DNA of 64,000 bases from an uncultured virus (IMG/VR IMGVR_UViG_3300025789_000033) (Duplodnaviria > Heunggongvirae > Uroviricota > Caudoviricetes): the IMG/VR virus record IMGVR_UViG_3300025789_000033; one strand, written 5' to 3'. Below are positions 25,035-32,476 of the stretch, piece by piece. The translations under genes and the position numbers were made by a program. How positions within the stretch are numbered: position 1 is the stretch's first letter; the number at the start of each line of letters is the position of its first letter. The notes beneath the pieces are model-generated. The model ran no database searches and was not told the origin of the DNA. It worked only from the letters and a program-made list of their open reading frames with translations.

Positions 25035-25522
25035 TTTTTGTCTCCGGTAACTTCTACGCTAACTGTACCTTTAGTAGTATTAGGATTTTTAGCAGCCTCA
25101 TTGATAATTTTAACTACCGCCGGATCTAATTTACATTCTGCATCAATGCGTTTTTCAACTGTTTGTATTTCTTTTTGCACAACAATTTTAGTATCGTGTA
25201 TTACTTTAACTTTTTGTTGATGTTTTTGTTCAACTAAAACATTAGTGTCTTTGCTAGCTTGTTGCGCAACTGCCATTTTTGCTTCCATTTCTTGTATTTG
25301 TTCACGATAGATAGCACTTACACCTGCACCGCCATACATGAAAATTCCAAATATTGTTAATGCCAGCCCTGCGGGTCTAAGTAAAAATGTATATGGTTTT
25401 ATTTGTGGAAAATGACTTAATACTCCTGAAAAGAAATATATTGCAAATCCACCGCCTGCAATCGCTGGCCATAACCAACTGGGCAAATCGCCTATAATCT
25501 GTTGTATGAGCCATGCAAACAT
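25031..25522 (-). CDS. Inner-membrane spanin (Rz-like)
   Basis: N-terminal TM segments, a coiled coil and a C-terminal Cys; follows the endolysin. Confidence 0.65.
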   Translation of the reverse strand: MFAWLIQQIIGDLPSWLWPAIAGGGFAIYFFSGVLSHFPQIKPYTFLLRPAGLALTIFGIFMYGGAGVSAIYREQIQEMEAKMAVAQQASKDTNVLVEQKHQQKVKVIHDTKIVVQKEIQTVEKRIDAECKLDPAVVKIINEAAKNPNTTKGTVSVEVTGDKK

Positions 25523-25524
25523 AA

Positions 25525-26154
25525 TTAACCTTGTAGTATTTGATGTGCTTGAGCTGTATGTTGCTGACGCTCTTGTAAACCTAATGTTCCGCCGTTTACT
25601 TTCTTAGTAATACCTAAAACATCGCCATTATCTGCTAGAGCATTAAGATTGTTAGCTTCCCAGAACCAGCAAGCACTTTGTACAGCACCTTCAAATGTAC
25701 CTAGGAATTCGGGAACTTGTTCTACTGGAGTATCAATGCTTTCTGCAAAACGAGCGTAGTTAGCCTTACCGGTGATTTGAATCAATCCACGCCCGCAGTA
25801 GTTCCAACCATCACCACTTGCTTCATCGCCGTTACCCATACGTCCTGCGTAGGCTCTGTTGGCAATCTTTTCTGGTTGATGTGCGTATTCATTAGCAACT
25901 TCCATACTAGGAAAGTGACTAGGCCAAATTTTAACTAATGTTTCTGGTTTGTAGTTTAAGTTTTCTACAAGTGCTTTGTATCCAGCACTTTCTACCATAG
26001 TTTGTCCTAAGAAACATGCTACACGTTCCGGTGTGTTAATGTCATAGTCTGGCAAAATTTTGCACAATGCTTCGTGCCAATGCTCTGAATATGGATTATT
26101 TTGTAGTATTGCTGTGCATTTCTCTTGTGAAAAATCAAATGTAAAATCTGCCAT
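25525..26154 (-). CDS. Endolysin, glycoside hydrolase family 19
   Basis: FLGQTMVES, ENLNY, YCGRGLIQITGKANY, SACWFW and KVNGG motifs. Start reassigned to MADFTF. Confidence 0.92.
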   Translation of the reverse strand: MADFTFDFSQEKCTAILQNNPYSEHWHEALCKILPDYDINTPERVACFLGQTMVESAGYKALVENLNYKPETLVKIWPSHFPSMEVANEYAHQPEKIANRAYAGRMGNGDEASGDGWNYCGRGLIQITGKANYARFAESIDTPVEQVPEFLGTFEGAVQSACWFWEANNLNALADNGDVLGITKKVNGGTLGLQERQQHTAQAHQILQG

Positions 26155-26155
26155 G

Positions 26156-26890
26156 TTATTTCCTTTCCAATGCAACGGCCCAGCCGCTGTTTTCAAATAT
26201 AAATTTATTACCGATTTTAGTAATATTATAGTTACCAATTACTTTAGTTAAAAACAGTACTTCTGATATATCTTTACTTTCTAACATAATAGGACCTTTT
26301 GTATTATTATACACTTGTTGCTTAGGTCCACTTTCTATAATGTTAAACTTAATTTGTTCTCCGTACATTCTTTTAAATGTAATAGATTCATCTAATAATT
26401 TTAATTCTTCTGCGTAACTATTCTTAAAAAATTCGCTAAAGTTATTTAATTTATGTTCTTCAGTTGCAATATTGTAGGCATTTTTATCTGTAGGCACAAT
26501 AGCTGATAAATTTTCTTCAGTAGCAACTTGGCTTTTAAAACTTTTAAAATAACGGAAACGCATATAGTCTAAGCCAGTTAGTAAAATTATGCCGTCAACA
26601 ATTTCTCTAATTTGTTTAGCAACATGACGATTACGTTCAAGCTCTACATATACTCGATAATTTCCATCATCAGTTTCACCTGGGGTAGCATCTGCATCTA
26701 AGACAAATTCGTAGCCCATTTCAATAAAATTTTCTAGATCTTTGGCAGCATCTTCTTGATCTACAGTAAAACTTAATACAACAATGTCTTCATCATCGCC
26801 TGTTTTACTTTTAAACGAATCAATTTCAAACACTTTTTTAACTAAGTGTTCTAAATCACCTGCTCTAAGATTTTCTGTAATATATGTCAT
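26156..26890 (-). CDS. Hypothetical phage protein
   Basis: 244-aa ORF, tightly packed. Confidence 0.75.
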   Translation of the reverse strand: MTYITENLRAGDLEHLVKKVFEIDSFKSKTGDDEDIVVLSFTVDQEDAAKDLENFIEMGYEFVLDADATPGETDDGNYRVYVELERNRHVAKQIREIVDGIILLTGLDYMRFRYFKSFKSQVATEENLSAIVPTDKNAYNIATEEHKLNNFSEFFKNSYAEELKLLDESITFKRMYGEQIKFNIIESGPKQQVYNNTKGPIMLESKDISEVLFLTKVIGNYNITKIGNKFIFENSGWAVALERK

Positions 26891-26891
26891 G

Positions 26892-27461
26892 TTATGCCGC
26901 TGGTGTAGGTGCCGCGCCCGCTGGTGCCGCTGGTGCTCCGGCTGCTGGAGGAACTCCTGCAGGTGCTCCCGCTGGTGCTCCGCCCGGAGCAGGTGCTGCC
27001 GAACTTGGAGCCTGTGATTCTTTATATTCGTTTTTCATTTTATCCATATAGCCTTTGTACACATCAAATGCTAATTTCTTTGGCATTCTGATTTCTACAA
27101 TCCAAATTGGATGGCGATCTAATCGACCTTTTTTACTGTTAGGTCTAATGTCATCTTGTGTACGAATCTTACGTGGCTCAATTAAAAAGTTCTTTTCATA
27201 CGAAATTTTACACCCTAGATCAGTTAATCTTTTGCCACCGATTGGGTCTGGCATTTTATCTTCAGGCCACATGAAACCAACAGTAATCCAATGACGATCT
27301 ACTCTAGGTCCATAGGCTAGCTCGCCTTCTTCCCAATTTTTGTAAACATACACATCTAACTCATCTAGAACCCGTTCGAAGTCCTTTAAAACAGCTAAAC
27401 TACTGTTGTTTTCGTACAAGTCCTGTATGTTTTTTATAACGTCTAATATGTCATGGTGCAT
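26892..27461 (-). CDS. Hypothetical phage protein with an Ala/Pro-rich tail
   Basis: 189-aa ORF downstream of a TAAATA motif at 27488-27493. Confidence 0.75.
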   Translation of the reverse strand: MHHDILDVIKNIQDLYENNSSLAVLKDFERVLDELDVYVYKNWEEGELAYGPRVDRHWITVGFMWPEDKMPDPIGGKRLTDLGCKISYEKNFLIEPRKIRTQDDIRPNSKKGRLDRHPIWIVEIRMPKKLAFDVYKGYMDKMKNEYKESQAPSSAAPAPGGAPAGAPAGVPPAAGAPAAPAGAAPTPAA

Positions 27462-27540
27462 GTGTTAATCCTAGGGTCTTCTATACTTATTTAGCTGGTT
27501 TAAAACGATAACGTATCACTTTATATTTCTAGGGATTTGT

Positions 27541-27614
27541 TAAATAATAGTGTAGGGCCTCTGTAGTTATCAAAGGCGGTCACTACAAGCCCTACTTTTT
27601 TATAAGAGTAGGAG
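27541..27614 (+). promoter_or_regulatory. TAAATA motif followed by a structured phoH leader
   Basis: Nested stems GTAGGGC/GCCCTAC and TGTAGT/ACTACA plus T6. CCTACT can alternatively pair with AGTAGG over the SD. Confidence 0.5.
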
Positions 27615-27623
27615 CAAACTTAG

Positions 27624-28343
27624 ATGAGTAAACAACGAGTGAAAAAGCGTTTTACATCAGAAGTTAACATAATTGACTTTCAACCATATCTTCCTCAAAA
27701 GAAACAGCGTGTAAGTCTTCATGCACGAAATTCAAACCAAAAGATTTACCTTGACAAGCTACAAGATGAAAATAAAAGCATCATCTTAGCTATCGGGCCA
27801 GCCGGCACGGGTAAAACAATGTTGGCAGTGCAAGTAGGAATTAAACTGTATCAGGAAGGTTTAGTTGATAAGATAATTGTGACAAGACCCGCCGTCTCTG
27901 TAGACGAGGATTTAGGATTTTTACCAGGTACGCTAAATGAAAAGATGGCACCTTGGACAAGACCTATATTCGACGTTCTAGGAGAGTATTACCAACAAAA
28001 AGACATAGCTAAAATGCTAGAGGATGGAACCATTGAAATAAGCCCACTTGCGTACATGCGTGGACGCACATTTAAAAATGCATACATTGTTGCAGATGAA
28101 TGCCAGAATACTACAGTCAACCAAATGAAAATGTTACTAACTCGTCTAGGCGATAATAGTAAAATGGTCGTTACTGGGGACTTAGCTCAGGCTGATCGTG
28201 TTAGTGATAATGGTTTGATAGATTTTTGTAATTTACTTTCATCCAAACCTGCTCTAAAACATATTGACATAGTACAATTCGAAGCTAAAGACATTGAACG
28301 CCATAATGCCGTGAAGGAGGTGCTTGCGGTTTATGGAGACTAA
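27624..28343 (+). CDS. phoH: PhoH-family ATPase
   Basis: GPAGTGKT, LGFLPG, YMRGRTF, DECQN and GDLAQ motifs. Confidence 0.95.
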   Translation: MSKQRVKKRFTSEVNIIDFQPYLPQKKQRVSLHARNSNQKIYLDKLQDENKSIILAIGPAGTGKTMLAVQVGIKLYQEGLVDKIIVTRPAVSVDEDLGFLPGTLNEKMAPWTRPIFDVLGEYYQQKDIAKMLEDGTIEISPLAYMRGRTFKNAYIVADECQNTTVNQMKMLLTRLGDNSKMVVTGDLAQADRVSDNGLIDFCNLLSSKPALKHIDIVQFEAKDIERHNAVKEVLAVYGD

Positions 28344-28371
28344 AAAAATAGGAGCATGGGTGCTCCTATTT
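28344..28371. terminator. Bidirectional terminator between convergent genes
   Basis: AAATAGGAGCA-TGGG-TGCTCCTATTT. Confidence 0.8.
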
Positions 28372-28390
28372 AGAATGTTATAGCAATTTG

Positions 28391-29146
28391 TTACTTAATG
28401 GGAAGTTCTATATCGTGGACATCAACGGTATAGGACTTCTTCTCTCTTATATAACGTACCCAACTGGTAAATGTCATTTCTTTAAGATAAGAAAGTGAAT
28501 TATGTCGCTTGATCATATTCTGATTGAGCTCTCCTGAAAAAGCAACAATCTCCTCACGTTTAAGAGGAATAACCTGTACCAACGGCTCACCCATTTTAAT
28601 AATTGTAGTCTTAGGCTGTTTCAACATAATGTTAATAGGTTGAACCAACGGAACTTTGTCGTGATCAATAATTCCAGGAATAGCTTCCCAATTACGAGTA
28701 TCATCGTAATAATACATAGGTTGCCAAAACAAACTGTAACCTTTTGCCGCCCATACAGTCCACGGATTATCAAGTTTAACAGGAGTTCCAAATTTAAACT
28801 TGTTACCCATAAATCCTTGTAGCGCATCTTTAGGTTGGGCACCTTCTTTGTATTTAGAATGACTATAACGAGTTACTACTCTGCCATTAGGGCCCGGTTC
28901 AATTTCAATATCACACCAAGCTGGAATAACAAACCCAGTACTGCAATAGTCAATAATGCCTGGACATGATTTAACAGTTTTGTCACTGTCAATCGGCTTC
29001 GCAGACTTTTTATAGTACAGTGCCATTTCTTTAAATGCTGGAGGCAAAAACTCGCTTGCTGGACGGATAGGAGCATGTTGTCTAATAGCCCACTCGTCAC
29101 AGGCAAAGTAAATTTGATGTTCGAGTTTTTTCTTAAATGGCCACAT
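28391..29146 (-). CDS. Hypothetical protein (DUF6065-like, possibly dUTPase-like beta fold)
   Basis: KSCPG...GFVIP...NPW...GYS...PGIID...GEPLVQVIP pattern that is common in large phages. Confidence 0.6.
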   Translation of the reverse strand: MWPFKKKLEHQIYFACDEWAIRQHAPIRPASEFLPPAFKEMALYYKKSAKPIDSDKTVKSCPGIIDYCSTGFVIPAWCDIEIEPGPNGRVVTRYSHSKYKEGAQPKDALQGFMGNKFKFGTPVKLDNPWTVWAAKGYSLFWQPMYYYDDTRNWEAIPGIIDHDKVPLVQPINIMLKQPKTTIIKMGEPLVQVIPLKREEIVAFSGELNQNMIKRHNSLSYLKEMTFTSWVRYIREKKSYTVDVHDIELPIK

Positions 29147-29148
29147 GA

Positions 29149-30063
29149 TTAAAGATGTCCGAGTCTAATTAGTGTAGCGGCTAGATTAATTTCTGGATCC
29201 ATAACTAGCGTATGATCAACTAAGCCTTGCTTAATAATAAGAATTGCCTTGTCTTGCTTGTCTTCTTCGCCAAAGATTTCTACGTTATCATACAACCAGC
29301 GATAGATTTCTTCCATCTCTTCTGGTCGAGCTTGGCTACACACTAGCTTACGTGCTTCGGTAATTTTACCAGCTGTAAATAACGCAACCATTTCAACACG
29401 ATAATCAGTACTGTCATCGGCAGCTTCGATGATTCTTAAGGTACCGTCCATACTGTTCATTTGAACGTTGTTAATAGTTTTACGTAAATCTGGGTAAGTT
29501 GCTTTGACGTAGCTATCTAATGTTTCTAAATCAAACTCAATATTTTCATCAACTAAAATTGTAGCGACTCGGGCTGTAAATTCTGTCAAGTCAGTTTTTT
29601 CGATATGCATTTTCTGGCATCGACTGTGTAACGCTGGCAGAATCTTATTAGGATAGTTACAAGTTAGAATAAATCTAACACTGTTACTATAGTCCTCCAT
29701 TAAGTTACGTAGTGCAGGCTGTACTGAATTAGGATTCATAAAGTCTGCTTCGTCAATTAAGACAACTTTAAAGTCGCCAAACGGCATAGTTTGACAAAAG
29801 CCGATTAGCTTGTCTACCCATTCAACCTTACGTGCTTCCTTAGAACCGTTAGCGTACAACACGTCACAATCTTGTACACCTAGTTTATTCAACAAAATTT
29901 TAGCTAGGGTAGTCTTACCAACTCCTGCATTTCCGCTAAACAGCAAGTGAGGAATACTACCTTCTTTGAGCCAGCCTTCGATTTGCTCACGTTGATGCGT
30001 GTCTTTAAACACATAACCGTCTAGGGTATTTGGTCGATATTTTTCAACCCATAATTCTTTCAT
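29149..30063 (-). CDS. Clamp loader ATPase subunit (RFC small/T4 gp44-like)
   Basis: LWVEKYRP, GNAGVGKT, DEAD and SRC motifs. Start reassigned to MKELW. Confidence 0.93.
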   Translation of the reverse strand: MKELWVEKYRPNTLDGYVFKDTHQREQIEGWLKEGSIPHLLFSGNAGVGKTTLAKILLNKLGVQDCDVLYANGSKEARKVEWVDKLIGFCQTMPFGDFKVVLIDEADFMNPNSVQPALRNLMEDYSNSVRFILTCNYPNKILPALHSRCQKMHIEKTDLTEFTARVATILVDENIEFDLETLDSYVKATYPDLRKTINNVQMNSMDGTLRIIEAADDSTDYRVEMVALFTAGKITEARKLVCSQARPEEMEEIYRWLYDNVEIFGEEDKQDKAILIIKQGLVDHTLVMDPEINLAATLIRLGHL

Positions 30064-30323
30064 ACTAATTCCTCGGCAATGCCTAAAATTTCTGCTAATA
30101 CTAACACAAGTCCTGCACCTTGTAAATAGGGATTCATCTCTAACCAACCACCACCTGCAAGTGCTAGACCAGCGGCAATTCTAAATCCGCTTTTAACTAA
30201 GCTGATATATAAATGTTTTTTTGGATCTGGATGCGATACTGGATTAGTTTCCGGTGTAGTAACAGAATCTAATACTTCTTTTGCTTTTTTAATATCTTGT
30301 ACTGCTTCGCCATGTGTGCTCAT
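30060..30323 (-). CDS. Small membrane protein
   Basis: Start MSTHG with an AGGAG RBS; two hydrophobic segments ending in LGIAEELV. Confidence 0.7.
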   Translation of the reverse strand: MSTHGEAVQDIKKAKEVLDSVTTPETNPVSHPDPKKHLYISLVKSGFRIAAGLALAGGGWLEMNPYLQGAGLVLVLAEILGIAEELV

Positions 30324-30329
30324 TTGAAA

Positions 30330-30381
30330 TCTCCTTTTGTGTAGTATAAAGGAGAAATCAGGATCTGTCAAGGATCCTGAT
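30330..30381 (-). promoter_or_regulatory. Sigma70 promoter overlapped by a terminator-like hairpin and an SD-sequestering hairpin
   Basis: TTGACA-17 bp-TATACT; hairpins ATCAGGATC-CTTGACA-GATCCTGAT and TCTCCTTT-N10-AAAGGAGA. Confidence 0.7.
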
Positions 30382-30391
30382 ACTCAAATGA

Positions 30392-30784
30392 TTAAAGACC
30401 AGCTGAAGGTGGGCGGAAATCAAATTCTGGAGGACTTAGGTCGATAGCCGATAAGCCGAATGAGATTTCACTAGGTTTTTCATCAGAACTCATTAGCATG
30501 CACTTGATGTCAACTCGATGAATTTTACGTTTGGTACCGTCGGGTTCGACTATTTCAATAGCTCTAGTCCAACGACCGTGTTCCATTAGAATCCACTCGC
30601 CAACTTTAACATCTTGTTGGTCCTTGCCAATAGCGTAGACTCGTCCCCATCTTGGTTTAATTCCTGAATCTTTACCATCGTCACTGGGGATATAAATTCC
30701 CCCTGCAGAAATTTGTTCGTCAAAATTCATATCTGTGACAAACACATTATCACGTATTGGAATAATTGTTCCGTAAACAGCCAT
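30392..30784 (-). CDS. groES: Co-chaperonin GroES/Cpn10-like
   Basis: PIRDNVFV, SAGGIYIP, GRVYAIG and VKVGE motifs. Confidence 0.85.
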   Translation of the reverse strand: MAVYGTIIPIRDNVFVTDMNFDEQISAGGIYIPSDDGKDSGIKPRWGRVYAIGKDQQDVKVGEWILMEHGRWTRAIEIVEPDGTKRKIHRVDIKCMLMSSDEKPSEISFGLSAIDLSPPEFDFRPPSAGL

Positions 30785-31113
30785 TATTCTTTCCCTTCAG
30801 GGTCCATGTCAACGACATTTTTTACAGGTAACGCAGTTACTGGTGATACCGGTGTGGGTGTTACTACTGGTGCAGGAGCAGGAACTTCGGTTGCACGTAC
30901 ATTGATTTGATCAGGAATACCAGTGCTACCTGCTTGTAGTTGCTCACGTTTAGCAATAATAGTACCGCCAGGCCCAAGTTTGTCCCCGCGGGCGTTAACA
31001 TTCATATTGCCAACAGCAATAGTCATTTCGTTTTGGTTCATTAGTTTGTTCATATCAACTAATTTGCCCTGCATACTGCGATGCATAGTTTGTGGTGCGT
31101 CTTTTTGAGCCAT
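30784..31113 (-). CDS. Hypothetical protein
   Basis: 109 aa, GGAG RBS, motif AVGNMNVNARGDKLGPGG. Confidence 0.75.
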   Translation of the reverse strand: MAQKDAPQTMHRSMQGKLVDMNKLMNQNEMTIAVGNMNVNARGDKLGPGGTIIAKREQLQAGSTGIPDQINVRATEVPAPAPVVTPTPVSPVTALPVKNVVDMDPEGKE

Positions 31114-31139
31114 ATTAATCTCCTAGATTATGTTAGTAC

Positions 31140-31646
31140 TTATCTCAGGAATTCGTGCCAGTCTAAATTATATTTTAAGCTATCTATGCTATGAACACCT
31201 AAAACGTACAGCACGTAACTAGCTACACTTGATCCACGTCCTACACCTCTAACAATGTTGTTAGCTTCGCAAGTATCAACAAAGTATTTTAGCCAGCGTA
31301 ATAGATCTAGCATATTCCTAGATTTGTATTCAGCCATTTCTTCCATAGCTCTAACTGTGGAAATTTGAGTTAGACATTTTGAGTACACAAAATTTTCGAT
31401 ATCTAAATTTTTGTATTCTTCGGGCATTAGCCAATTAGATTGGCATGCCTTATCGTAGTCTTCTTGATTGAAATAAGTTTCGTACGGTTCAAGGAATTTA
31501 AACCCGACAACTTTTTCTAAACCTTTTACACTATCAGTTCGTTCAACAAGCATAGTGTCGTTGACATTAAATTGATGTCCTTGATAGATAGCATCAAAAA
31601 TATCTTGCTCATTAAAAACTGGATTATTATATTTGTCTAAGTACAT
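31140..31646 (-). CDS. Stand-alone fragment resembling DNA polymerase III alpha (DnaE) palm region
   Basis: GVGRGSSVASYVLYVLGVHSIDSLKYNLDWHEFLR matches DnaE GxGRGS...LGIT.IDP..Y.L.FERFL but stops before the catalytic PDxD. Confidence 0.7.
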   Translation of the reverse strand: MYLDKYNNPVFNEQDIFDAIYQGHQFNVNDTMLVERTDSVKGLEKVVGFKFLEPYETYFNQEDYDKACQSNWLMPEEYKNLDIENFVYSKCLTQISTVRAMEEMAEYKSRNMLDLLRWLKYFVDTCEANNIVRGVGRGSSVASYVLYVLGVHSIDSLKYNLDWHEFLR

Positions 31647-31653
31647 AGACTAC

Positions 31654-31682
31654 AGTTTAATTGATATTAATTAACTTGTCAA
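31654..31682 (-). promoter_or_regulatory. Sigma70-type promoter, probably leaderless
   Basis: TTGACA-17 bp-TAAACT, 7 nt before the ATG at 31646, with no SD. Confidence 0.55.
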
Positions 31683-31887
31683 GCCCTTTGTCTCGATTAT
31701 TCATCATTTTATCGTATTCAGCGGCTTTTCTTTTGCCCAATTCTTCTTTATACGTATCTAGGATACTAGATATTTGAGCTTTAACTCCCGAGTTTGGAGT
31801 CATAAAGTATTTTCTAGTTAGCTCACTAATTTTGTTTTCTAACTCAGCATCTTTAATATTACTTAAATTTTCAACCAACGGGTGCAT
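31657..31887 (-). CDS. Small hypothetical helical protein
   Basis: Probable start MHPLV, directly after the upstream stop. Confidence 0.65.
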   Translation of the reverse strand: MHPLVENLSNIKDAELENKISELTRKYFMTPNSGVKAQISSILDTYKEELGKRKAAEYDKMMNNRDKGLDKLININ

Positions 31888-31888
31888 C

Positions 31889-32476
31889 TTAATATTCACC
31901 GCTCAGTTTAACATATACATTAGATCCGCCATCAATAGTCCATGCTTCAAGGACTTCTAATTTTGTTGATCCAATAGAACCCACATTAAATGGATTAGCA
32001 AATCCAGTTGCATAGTGTACAACACCACCATTAGCAGTAGCAAGGACAGGCGTTCTAATAGCAATAGTATCACCCTTTAGGATAACTTTAACGATTCCGT
32101 ATTGACCACTTGCTGGCCAGTTAGTGAAAGTTAAGGTAGCATTGCCTGAAAGTGTAAAACTTTGAATTCCACCGTTTAATAGACTAATGTTTGCAGTAGT
32201 TGATACTGTTCCGCCTGGGTAATATAAACTATAGAATTGATTATATGTGCCGTTAGTAATTGAGCTTTGTAATAGATTGTTTATTACAGGAGTTGAGCTA
32301 GTAGCTAAATCGGAAGCCAATAATGCGTTAGTCTGTAGCGCAGTAATTTCAGATTTAGCTACTCCTAAACCTGTGGCGATTGCTGTAAAATTATTTCTAA
32401 ATCCTTGGCTGTCGTTGTCTTGTCCTGCTACAGGGTAAGTTGTGTTAATTGAGATATAATTTATTTGGCTTGTCAT
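31889..32476 (-). CDS. Virion structural protein (baseplate/tail associated)
   Basis: N-terminal YPVAGQDNDSQGFRNNF followed by a coiled segment and a beta-rich C-terminus; lies in the structural cluster. Confidence 0.6.
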   Translation of the reverse strand: MTSQINYISINTTYPVAGQDNDSQGFRNNFTAIATGLGVAKSEITALQTNALLASDLATSSTPVINNLLQSSITNGTYNQFYSLYYPGGTVSTTANISLLNGGIQSFTLSGNATLTFTNWPASGQYGIVKVILKGDTIAIRTPVLATANGGVVHYATGFANPFNVGSIGSTKLEVLEAWTIDGGSNVYVKLSGEY

